Program-made: the position numbers and the translations under genes
Notes under the pieces: generated by a model
The model's database searches: none
What the model saw: the letters and a program-made list of their open reading frames with translations, nothing else
What the model was told of the DNA's origin: nothing
In this document: piece after piece, positions 1-6,657 of the stretch
Layout: each line of letters begins with the position of its first letter
How positions within the stretch are numbered: position 1 is the stretch's first letter
Assembly (NCBI GenBank): GCA_003516025.1
Contig: CP023991.1
Coordinates: 751,374-783,373 of the forward strand
From: Candidatus Saccharimonadota bacterium
GTDB lineage: Bacteria > Patescibacteriota > Saccharimonadia > Saccharimonadales > UBA4665
Length of the DNA stretch: 32,000 nucleotides
Reading direction: 5' to 3'

Positions 1-392
1 CTGTTGGACGCCTCGATAAAGATTCCAGCGGCCTGTTGCTTATGACGAGTGACGGAGACCTGGCGCACCGGCTGACACACCCCAGCTTCCAGAAGACTAA
101 ACACTACGAAGTTCAACTGGACGCGCCGTTGCAGCCGCTACACCGCCAGATGATCAGCGACTACGGTGTCCGCCTGGAAGATGGGCCAAGCAAATTGCAG
201 CTGGAACGGTTGCAGGATGGAGACGATACCGTTTGGAGCGTCACGATGCACGAGGGGCGTAACCGGCAGATCCGCCGGACGTTCGACAGCCTGGGCTACG
301 GCGTCAAAAAATTACACCGTACACGGTTCAGTAACTACTCGTTAGGCCGTTTGGCAAGCGGCACATACCAGACAATACCCCGGGTTAGTTGA
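1..392 (+). CDS. Pseudouridine synthase, RsuA/RluB/RluF family (3' part; N-terminus upstream of window)
   Basis: Frame 3 is open from the window edge and reads VGRLDKDSSGLLLMTSDGDLAHRLTHP...HYEVQL. This is the GRLDxxSxGLLL catalytic-Asp block of this family. It is the same frame as track ORF 36..392, with stop TGA at 390-392. Confidence 0.85.
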   Translation, partial: VGRLDKDSSGLLLMTSDGDLAHRLTHPSFQKTKHYEVQLDAPLQPLHRQMISDYGVRLEDGPSKLQLERLQDGDDTVWSVTMHEGRNRQIRRTFDSLGYGVKKLHRTRFSNYSLGRLASGTYQTIPRVS

Positions 393-1032
393 CGGCCTGG
401 ACAGTTCCGACTTTGGTGAGCAGGATATGAGGGTTGCGGACAATTATAAACTCGGCGGCCACATCCTCGGGGTTTCGTGCTTTACGTAACATCTGCCTGA
501 TCGACGGCAGCGGCGGTTGTTTGAGTAAAACAGCGTCCGCGTCGCCGTAAAAACCGTGGATTTTATCGACTACAGCTTCCAGGCTGGTAGCCTTGGCCAT
601 AACAGACCGGCCAGCATGGCGGGCAATTTGCCTGATAGGGCCGCCCGACCATTCACGCAGGTCCAGCAGCCGGTCGGGGCTGGTGTCAAGGTCAACGGTG
701 TAGGCACCGACAATATCAGATTCGCTCGGCAAACCCTGTACGGCTGGAGGTACGTTATATAAACGCGGGCCGACACCCTTTCCCTGCAGGCTAATAGTCC
801 GGGCTTCGGCCGGAAGTTGCTGGAACTCCGTGATCGGCTGGACGGTTTGCCGGGTATCAATGCCGCCACTACGGGTGATTGGCACCCCAAACCCTAACAT
901 ACGGATCGAACCAAAAGCGATCAGCTTTTCATCAACTTCCAGGAAACCGAGCTCAGGATTGTAACCTAAGCGGTCCGAGGAAAAATCCGGTTGAAAACTG
1001 ACTGAATCTACTATCGTTTCTGGCTGTACCAT
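385..1032 (-). CDS. Hypothetical protein (215 aa)
   Basis: Long ORF with protein-like composition and ATG start. An AGGAA Shine-Dalgarno-like element lies about 8 nt upstream (rc of 1041-1048). I recognise no family motif. Its 3' end overlaps the convergent pseudouridine synthase gene by 8 nt. Confidence 0.6.
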   Translation of the reverse strand: MVQPETIVDSVSFQPDFSSDRLGYNPELGFLEVDEKLIAFGSIRMLGFGVPITRSGGIDTRQTVQPITEFQQLPAEARTISLQGKGVGPRLYNVPPAVQGLPSESDIVGAYTVDLDTSPDRLLDLREWSGGPIRQIARHAGRSVMAKATSLEAVVDKIHGFYGDADAVLLKQPPLPSIRQMLRKARNPEDVAAEFIIVRNPHILLTKVGTVQAVN

Positions 1033-1113
1033 CTGGTTATTCCTATCGGGGTTTTATTACTGCAGTCCGCGGACGCGAAGTGATTGATACTATTTTGTCA
1101 TTCATATACTTAA

Positions 1114-1142
1114 TTGTCAATATCGACTACCTCTGTTATAAT
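1114..1142 (+). promoter_or_regulatory. Sigma70-type promoter of der (TTGTCA-17-TATAAT)
   Basis: TTGTCA at 1114-1119, a 17-nt spacer, then TATAAT at 1137-1142. ATG 1152 lies 9 nt after the -10 element, so the leader is very short or absent. Confidence 0.55.
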
Positions 1143-1151
1143 ATGAGCTAT

Positions 1152-2600
1152 ATGAGTAAAAAACTTCCGATTATCGCGATCGTCGGCCGGGCTAATGTTG
1201 GTAAATCCAGCCTGTTTAACGCTATCCTGGAGCGTAAAGAGGCTATTGTTGCCCGTGAAGCCGGGACGACCCGCGACAGCATTATGGCCAAGGCTGAGTA
1301 CACACACCCGGACGGTGATGTCAGCCAGTTCTGGCTGGTCGATACTGCCGGTATCAAAGATCCGGAAGACGACTTTGAGTTTACTATCCAGGAACAGATT
1401 ACCCAGGCCGCCGACAGCGCCGATGTGATCTGGGTCGTAGTAGAAGCCGATGTACCCGTTACCGAAGAGGACCGCCGGGTCGCCAAAATGGCACTCAAGA
1501 GCCGCAAGCCGGTTTACCTGGTAGTCAATAAAGTCGACCGGTCAAAAGGCGCCGACCTGACGCAGTTTATCCGCCTTGGTATTAAGGATATTTATTACAC
1601 CAGCACTACCCAGCACCGCGGTATCGACCAGATGGTCGAAGCCCTGGCGCAGATGGTACCACAGGTGTCTGAACGCCCTGATGATGACCGCCTGCGTATC
1701 GCGCTGCTTGGCCGTCCGAACGTTGGTAAATCCAGCCTGTTTAACTCGCTCGCCAAGAAGCAGCAGGCTATCGTGGCTGACCGCGCCGGTACTACCCGTG
1801 ACGTTAACCGTACGGTATTAAAGTATCATGGCAAGGAAATTGAAATTATGGACACTGCCGGTATTCGCCGCAGCGGTAAGATCGAAACCGGCATCGAGCG
1901 CTTCAGCGTGGTGCGCGCCCTGGCAGCCATCGAACAGTCGGATATCTGCCTGATGCTCATGGACGCCCGCGAGCTCAATACGGCCCTCGATCAAAAAATC
2001 GCCGGTCTGGTCAAAGATGCCGGCAAGGGCCTGATTTTAGTGGTCAGCAAGTGGGATTTGGTCAAAACCGAAGAAGGGGAGACCGATCCGTTCGCCCGGG
2101 ACCGGATTGCCGCTGAAATCGCCGTAGCGTATGACTTCGTGCCCTGGGCGCCGCTCATCTTCACCAGTGCCGTTACCGGCCAGAATGTAACCAAAATTTT
2201 TGATCTGGCGAATGACATAATGGAACAGCGCAACAAGCAGATTCCAACCGTACAGCTCAATAAATTTCTGCGCGAAATGATTGATGCCCATCCGCCGGCC
2301 GGCCTTAAGAACCGCCTGCCGAAATTGAACTACATGGTACAGGAAACCGATAACCCGATCCCGGCCTTTAAAATTTTCAGTACACAGGTTAAGTTCATCC
2401 ACTGGAGCTACCGGCGCTACCTCGAAAAGGGCCTGCGGCAGCGCTATGGCTACGAGGGGACGCCGATCCAGCTATGGTTTATCGAAAAACACGAGACACA
2501 CAAGCATGGCAATAGTCCGACACAGGCGCCACGCAACCAGTTACAGCAGAGCATTCGCCGCAAAAAAGCAGCCGCGGCAGCCGCCAAAGGCAAGAAGTAA
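1152..2600 (+). CDS. der: Ribosome-associated GTPase Der/EngA
   Basis: Two tandem GTPase domains with P-loops GRANVGKSSLFN and GRPNVGKSSLFN, DTAG motifs in both, NKVD and SKWD G4 motifs, and a KH-like C-terminal domain. The track start at 1080 (GTG) runs through the promoter. ATG 1152 gives the canonical MSKKLPIIAIVG N-terminus; ATG 1143 is an alternative. The protein ends in a Lys/Ala-rich tail. Confidence 0.93.
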   Translation: MSKKLPIIAIVGRANVGKSSLFNAILERKEAIVAREAGTTRDSIMAKAEYTHPDGDVSQFWLVDTAGIKDPEDDFEFTIQEQITQAADSADVIWVVVEADVPVTEEDRRVAKMALKSRKPVYLVVNKVDRSKGADLTQFIRLGIKDIYYTSTTQHRGIDQMVEALAQMVPQVSERPDDDRLRIALLGRPNVGKSSLFNSLAKKQQAIVADRAGTTRDVNRTVLKYHGKEIEIMDTAGIRRSGKIETGIERFSVVRALAAIEQSDICLMLMDARELNTALDQKIAGLVKDAGKGLILVVSKWDLVKTEEGETDPFARDRIAAEIAVAYDFVPWAPLIFTSAVTGQNVTKIFDLANDIMEQRNKQIPTVQLNKFLREMIDAHPPAGLKNRLPKLNYMVQETDNPIPAFKIFSTQVKFIHWSYRRYLEKGLRQRYGYEGTPIQLWFIEKHETHKHGNSPTQAPRNQLQQSIRRKKAAAAAAKGKK

Positions 2601-2606
2601 TTCCAG

Positions 2607-3446
2607 CTACCGGTTAAACGTCGAGTGGGAGTCCGCGAGGCCGTATTCGTCGAAGATGCGCACCAGTTCAGGAGTGGCTTCATAGGGCCGGTCAGGGTGC
2701 GTACAGCGCTGGCGATGGCCTTCTATGGTATACGAGGTCGTAGACAATGACATATCGGTGTCATAGAGAGGATGCCCCATAAGGGAATTTATAACGTCGT
2801 GCTCGACCTGGTAGGCCTCCAACTCGTCGGATATTATGGAGTTACGTAAGTTCCCAGCCATTGCCGCAGTCGCCTCCGCTTGACGGGCGTGAGTAAATTC
2901 ATGAGCGATACGCGAGCCAATACCTAAAACTGAGTCCTGCGGAGTAATCCGGGAAGCAATGAACGGGCGGGACGTATAAAGAGCACCGGTTTCAGAATCT
3001 ACGTTAAAATACCGGTGATGGCGAGCCAGCGTCGTCGGTTTAAATGTCGGCGTTACCGCCGGTATCCGCGCCAGGCCGGTAACCGATTCGGTGACGAATT
3101 TGCCAGCATAAGCCGCCGTCTTACCCTTTGACTTGGCCTGAGCCACGATACGATCCATGCGCTGAGCCGTCGGTGCCAGCATAGAGTAATCTAAAACAAA
3201 CGCGCCATCTTCGGTATCCCGCACGGGGAAGAGCGTATATACATCCATATCGGCGTATTGCTTGGGTAAACAGAGTGTATACCCGACCTGGTTAGGCATA
3301 ACAGCCGATTCTACCGCGGACTTGAGCTGAAGGGCGGTATCACCCAAACTACGGCGTACTTTAGGTTCATCAAGCACCAGTACCGTTTCATTAACCAGCC
3401 GGTCAAAGGCCTGGTGGCGCGCCCGCTGATCAGGAGACGTAAACAT
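2607..3446 (-). CDS. Hypothetical protein with HExxH zinc-metallopeptidase-like motif (279 aa)
   Basis: IAHEFTHARQ (HExxH) is followed about 25 residues later by SDELEAY, a possible third Glu ligand in the gluzincin style. Track ORF 2607..3575 is trimmed to ATG 3446, which sits 6 nt after a TTGATA-17-TATAAT promoter. The longer version would overlap the pth start. Confidence 0.6.
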   Translation of the reverse strand: MFTSPDQRARHQAFDRLVNETVLVLDEPKVRRSLGDTALQLKSAVESAVMPNQVGYTLCLPKQYADMDVYTLFPVRDTEDGAFVLDYSMLAPTAQRMDRIVAQAKSKGKTAAYAGKFVTESVTGLARIPAVTPTFKPTTLARHHRYFNVDSETGALYTSRPFIASRITPQDSVLGIGSRIAHEFTHARQAEATAAMAGNLRNSIISDELEAYQVEHDVINSLMGHPLYDTDMSLSTTSYTIEGHRQRCTHPDRPYEATPELVRIFDEYGLADSHSTFNR

Positions 3447-3452
3447 ACATGT

Positions 3453-3481
3453 ATTATAGAATATTTTATAATATATATCAA
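3453..3481 (-). promoter_or_regulatory. Promoter of the HExxH gene (TTGATA-17-TATAAT), leaderless geometry
   Basis: Reverse complement: TTGATA (3481-3476), a 17-nt spacer, TATAAT (3458-3453), then 6 nt to ATG 3446. Confidence 0.55.
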
Positions 3482-3493
3482 CTGGGTCTGGTC

Positions 3494-3522
3494 TTGACGG
3501 CAGGGCAGTAGCTGGTGATACT
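3494..3522 (+). promoter_or_regulatory. Promoter of pth (TTGACG-17-GATACT), leaderless geometry
   Basis: TTGACG at 3494-3499, a 17-nt spacer, GATACT at 3517-3522, then 7 nt to ATG 3530. It lies back to back with the divergent promoter at 3453-3481. Confidence 0.55.
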
Positions 3523-3529
3523 AAGACCA

Positions 3530-4171
3530 ATGGCATTATTCCAACGCAGACCTCAAACCAGTGCGCCCCTTTCATATACCACTATTGGCTTGAACCGCAA
3601 CCTGCTTATTGTTGGTCTCGGCAACATTGGTAAAGAGTACGACCTAACCCGTCATAACATCGGTTTTGCCTGCGTCGACGCGTTCGTCCATTCCCAGTCC
3701 GACATGGGCGGCTGGGTCGACAAAAAAGACCTCAAATGCCTGGTTTCTACCGGACAAATCGGCGAAACCCGGGTCATGGCCGTTAAACCGACTACTTTTA
3801 TGAACCTGAGCGGTGAAGCCGTCCAGGCCATTAGCCATTTTTATAAAATCCCGCTGGAGCAGATCATTGTTGTCCACGACGAACTCGACGTTGATTACGG
3901 CCAGATTCGCATGCGTATCGGCGGCAGCGCCGCCGGCCACAACGGCATTAAGTCGGTCACCCAGCACATCGGTGAAGACTATGGCCGTGTGCGTATAGGC
4001 ATCGGTCCTAAAAATCCACCGCAGATCGACAGCGCGGACTTTGTGCTGCAAAAGTTTTCCAAAGAAGAGCAGGGACATTTCAGCGAACTGACCCGCGAAA
4101 CTACGGCTATTCTGACTGAACTGGCCTACGGTTCAAGCCTCCAGGCTGAAACCCGTAACTTTTTAATCTAA
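3530..4171 (+). CDS. pth: Peptidyl-tRNA hydrolase
   Basis: Contains LIVGLGNIGKEYDLTRHNIGF, GGSAAGHNGIKS and DFVL motifs typical of Pth. ATG 3530 is favoured by promoter geometry. An in-frame TTG at 3590 would give the more canonical MNRNLLIVGLGN start. Confidence 0.9.
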   Translation: MALFQRRPQTSAPLSYTTIGLNRNLLIVGLGNIGKEYDLTRHNIGFACVDAFVHSQSDMGGWVDKKDLKCLVSTGQIGETRVMAVKPTTFMNLSGEAVQAISHFYKIPLEQIIVVHDELDVDYGQIRMRIGGSAAGHNGIKSVTQHIGEDYGRVRIGIGPKNPPQIDSADFVLQKFSKEEQGHFSELTRETTAILTELAYGSSLQAETRNFLI

Positions 4172-4172
4172 C

Positions 4173-4460
4173 TTAGTTCTGGGGCGGCTGCGGCAGGACG
4201 CCGTTTTCGGCCAACAAGAATTTGATGTCCGTTATGCGCGCCAGGTAACGGGCATGCTGATGCTGGGCATATTCAAGCGATGGCCCCGGGCCCGTAAAAG
4301 AACGGTCCATATCGTCTACACGGTCGGAAGCTACAGACACTACTTCGAGCAATTCCTGACTCTGATCATAAGGCCAGGTAGTCCGTTCCGGCCGCAGGTC
4401 GAGCACGGCATTGTCAAAATCGTCTAATTCATACTGTCGGGTAGCATTGTTTGGTTTCAT
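4173..4460 (-). CDS. Hypothetical small protein (95 aa)
   Basis: ORF with ATG at 4460, preceded by TTTACA-17-TAGTTT and then 7 nt. I recognise no motif. Its stop lies 1 nt from the pth stop. Confidence 0.45.
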   Translation of the reverse strand: MKPNNATRQYELDDFDNAVLDLRPERTTWPYDQSQELLEVVSVASDRVDDMDRSFTGPGPSLEYAQHQHARYLARITDIKFLLAENGVLPQPPQN

Positions 4461-4505
4461 GCATATCAAACTACCACTTCGCCGACGTGATGTAAATGCA
4501 TTTAG

Positions 4506-4853
4506 CTAAGCTTGTGCTTTTAGGGCAGCAAGCTGTTTACTTGGGTGGATGCCTGGAATTACCGTATGCGAACCGGTCGCTTCTATATTTGTCGGCGTCA
4601 TTTTTTTAAGTATGGCAGTTCCGATTTCACTTACTGCTTTTTGAAGCCCTGCGGTAGGCTGTTCAAGCATTCTGTTTGTCAGATGATAATGCACGCCTAA
4701 CGTATCGTACGCGGGGTTAACGCCATCGTTGATAGCCAGACTGCCCAGATGGTTGTCTATAGTAACGTGTGGTAATTCAGGTGGTAATTCGTGATGGCCC
4801 GGGAATAATACGGCTAACTCTTCAGGATTTAATCGAACGTCTTGTTCATTCAT
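4506..4853 (-). CDS. Hypothetical small protein (115 aa)
   Basis: Track ORF 4506..4961 is trimmed to ATG 4853 (MNEQDVRLNPEE...). The longer form would read through a terminator hairpin and a consensus promoter. No recognisable motif. Confidence 0.5.
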   Translation of the reverse strand: MNEQDVRLNPEELAVLFPGHHELPPELPHVTIDNHLGSLAINDGVNPAYDTLGVHYHLTNRMLEQPTAGLQKAVSEIGTAILKKMTPTNIEATGSHTVIPGIHPSKQLAALKAQA

Positions 4854-4860
4854 AAAGTAT

Positions 4861-4889
4861 ATTATAGCATACTTATTAAGTTTTATCAA
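4861..4889 (-). promoter_or_regulatory. Consensus promoter (TTGATA-17-TATAAT) 7 nt upstream of ATG 4853
   Basis: Reverse complement: TTGATA (4889-4884), a 17-nt spacer, TATAAT (4866-4861), then atacttt and ATG. Confidence 0.6.
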
Positions 4890-4905
4890 TAAGAATTTAG
4901 ACACT

Positions 4906-4950
4906 AAAAAAGGCCTACAAGAGGGGGTGGGCACCGCTTGTAGGCCTTTT
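4906..4950 (-). terminator. Rho-independent terminator (potentially bidirectional)
   Basis: An 11-bp perfect stem, AGGCCTACAAG (4911-4921) pairing with CTTGTAGGCCT (4937-4947), encloses a 15-nt loop. An A6 run (4906-4911) gives U6 on the minus strand, and a T4 run lies on the plus-strand side. Confidence 0.7.
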
Positions 4951-5301
4951 CCAGAGGACAACTATGGTTGTCCTCTCGCTGGAACAGCCCTTCAACCCAC
5001 CTTGAAGGCCTCCGTATTACGTATACTCGCAGAGAACACATAATACGGCCCACTCAGGTTTTTTCCGTCATTCGCCACGGCTCAAATAAAACGAGGGGGA
5101 ATACGGGGTTAAAGGGACTAGGCTGCATCTCAACGGGTTGGGACACAATCTAGTAGTTTTAGAGCGCTCACACTCGGAGGTGCAAGCTAAGGACAAGTGG
5201 AGGGTAACAACTTGGGATCTTAGCACGCTCTAAAACGAATCTAACAAATTGTTAGAAATTGGGGGGTATAAGGTGCGTAAATTCGTTGAACGAACTTACA
5301 G
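4906..5301 (-). ncRNA. Candidate structured non-coding RNA, about 395 nt, class unknown
   Basis: The segment is bounded by a near-perfect promoter (5336-5308) and the terminator at 4906-4950, and has no credible ORF. It contains several perfect stems:
- 4954-4962 / 4967-4975 (9 bp)
- 4989-4995 / 5002-5008 (7 bp)
- 5012-5019 / 5041-5048 (8 bp)
- 5156-5166 / 5226-5236 (11 bp; GTTTTAGAGCG / CGCTCTAAAAC)
- TCTAAC / GTTAGA near 5241-5257. Confidence 0.45.
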
Positions 5302-5307
5302 ATTGCT

Positions 5308-5336
5308 ATTCTAGCAAATTTATGGCCAAGTGTCAA
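5308..5336 (-). promoter_or_regulatory. Promoter of the candidate ncRNA (TTGACA-17-TAGAAT)
   Basis: Reverse complement: TTGACA (5336-5331), a 17-nt spacer, TAGAAT (5313-5308). The predicted transcription start is near 5301. Confidence 0.6.
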
Positions 5337-5473
5337 TACTTTAATACATTCTTGTGTAATCTGCCACTATTTAGCATAAACATATTAAATTGATGAACTA
5401 CTTCTTTCACGAAGCAGGACATGCTTGCATATTGGCCTGGCAGACCGATAATTACAGCAGACAAGGGGGAAGT

Positions 5474-6337
5474 ATGCGTCAGCCACAAATACAGTCAGTA
5501 AACATCTCGAACAGCCGGATAAAAGACCTGTTCCACCAGGTTTCGCCGCCTGTCGAAAACCTCTATATACAAAGTGATAATGTAGATGATTTATTGGCCC
5601 GGCCGCGGGTCGCTATAGTAGGCAGCCGTAAAATCACCGCTTACGGCAAGGCGGTAACCCGCCATCTCAGCAGCGAACTGGCGGGGCAGGGCATTGTAAT
5701 TGTCAGCGGGCTGGCCTATGGAGTAGATGCTGTAGCCCATACGGCGGCACTGGAGGCTGGAGGCCTAACCATCGCGGTACTGCCAAGCAGCCTGGAAGAC
5801 ATTTATCCATCAGCCCATAACGGCCTGGCGCGCCGCATTATTAGTCAGGGCGGGGCGCTGCTTACGGAATATCCTCCCGGCACGCCCGCTTATAAAAGCC
5901 AGTTTGTCGAACGTAACCGGATCGTCAGCGCCGTTAGCTGCGCGCTGTTAATTACCGAAGCAGCCATTAACAGCGGTACTATGCATACCGCCCGTTTCGC
6001 GCTGGAGCAGGGTAAAGACGTACTGGCAGTACCGGGCAACATTACCAGCGCCACTTCGGCCGGTACCAACAACCTTATTAAGAGCGGTGCCATAGCCGTA
6101 ACCGAAACAGCCGATGTGCTGCGGGTACTGGGACTCACACCCTTAGCGCGCCGGCAACCCGCTGGGGCCACGCCGCAGGAACAACGTATTCTTGATCTGA
6201 TGACAACCACCGGCAACGGTGACCAGCTGCTCAGTATGTCGGAGCTCAGTACGCCGGAGTTCAATCAGGCTCTAACCATGCTTGAAATTACTGGAAAAAT
6301 AGTTTCACTGGGCGCCAACCAGTGGGCTGTAGCCTAG
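5474..6337 (+). CDS. dprA: DNA processing protein DprA/Smf
   Basis: Rossmann-like DprA core: VAIVGSRKITAYG, VSGLAYGVDAVAHTAAL, FVERNRIVSA, EAAINSGTMHTARFALEQGKDVLAVPG. Track start 5390 (TTG) is trimmed to ATG 5474, which follows the AAGGGGGA Shine-Dalgarno element. Confidence 0.9.
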   Translation: MRQPQIQSVNISNSRIKDLFHQVSPPVENLYIQSDNVDDLLARPRVAIVGSRKITAYGKAVTRHLSSELAGQGIVIVSGLAYGVDAVAHTAALEAGGLTIAVLPSSLEDIYPSAHNGLARRIISQGGALLTEYPPGTPAYKSQFVERNRIVSAVSCALLITEAAINSGTMHTARFALEQGKDVLAVPGNITSATSAGTNNLIKSGAIAVTETADVLRVLGLTPLARRQPAGATPQEQRILDLMTTTGNGDQLLSMSELSTPEFNQALTMLEITGKIVSLGANQWAVA

Positions 6338-6371
6338 TTGCCATCGTTACGCTTATGCTACACTGCCTAAC

Positions 6372-6539
6372 ATGAAAGGCATGATATTTATCGGCATCAC
6401 CATTGGCGGATTAGCCGGCGGCTGGATCGGCACTATGCTCGATCATGGCAACGGCCTGGGCGCCTGGAGTATTATTTTAAGCACGGCCGGCTCCCTGGCC
6501 GGTATCTGGGCGGCTATTCGCATTAACGACTATTTATAA
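6372..6539 (+). CDS. Small Gly-rich two-helix membrane protein (55 aa), not in ORF track
   Basis: My own translation gives MKGMIFIGITIGGLAGGWIGTMLDHGNGLGAWSIILSTAGSLAGIWAAIRINDYL, which has two hydrophobic Gly-rich segments. A TACACT -10 element (6359-6364) lies 7 nt upstream of the ATG. It resembles small GlsB/YeaQ/YmgE-like membrane proteins, but that assignment is tentative. Confidence 0.55.
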   Translation: MKGMIFIGITIGGLAGGWIGTMLDHGNGLGAWSIILSTAGSLAGIWAAIRINDYL

Positions 6540-6657
6540 TTTTGCTTTCCTGACCGAGTTCGGTATCATAGGCATTTGTGCCGCGATATAACGCAATTAA
6601 TTTTACAGCGCCCCGTTACTTAAGATTCACCGGCGAAAGACGTATACTTATATAAAC

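Noticed and set aside
4968-5153. 61-aa plus-strand ORF inside the structured RNA region.
   Set aside because: It has a TTG start inside a 9-bp hairpin, no ribosome-binding site and odd composition. The region is better explained as RNA.
5156-5236. GTTTTAGAGC, identical to the first 10 nt of the type II-A CRISPR repeat, raising the possibility of a CRISPR or tracrRNA element.
   Set aside because: There are only two copies, and they are inverted rather than direct. They form an 11-bp stem. There is no repeat-spacer periodicity and no cas genes in the window.
4906-5301. Identification of the structured RNA as RNase P RNA or tmRNA; the size fits both.
   Set aside because: I searched both strands by eye. 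There is no GGAAAGUCC / ACAGAA..GGCUUA P4 strand pair and no GGUUCGA-type T-arm with an ACCA end. There is no tag-like reading frame either: the only ...AA-stop frame is 3 codons long. A GGAAAAGGCC segment near 4945-4954 largely overlaps the terminator stem (4937-4947) and is followed by a promoter, not by RNase P helices.
1080-5473. N-terminal extensions given by the ORF track: der from 1080, pth from 3515, the HExxH ORF from 3575, ORF 4961, and dprA from 5390.
   Set aside because: The extensions start at GTG or TTG codons and read through promoters, a terminator hairpin or the neighbouring gene. Internal ATGs give canonical N-termini or sit at consensus promoter or Shine-Dalgarno spacing.
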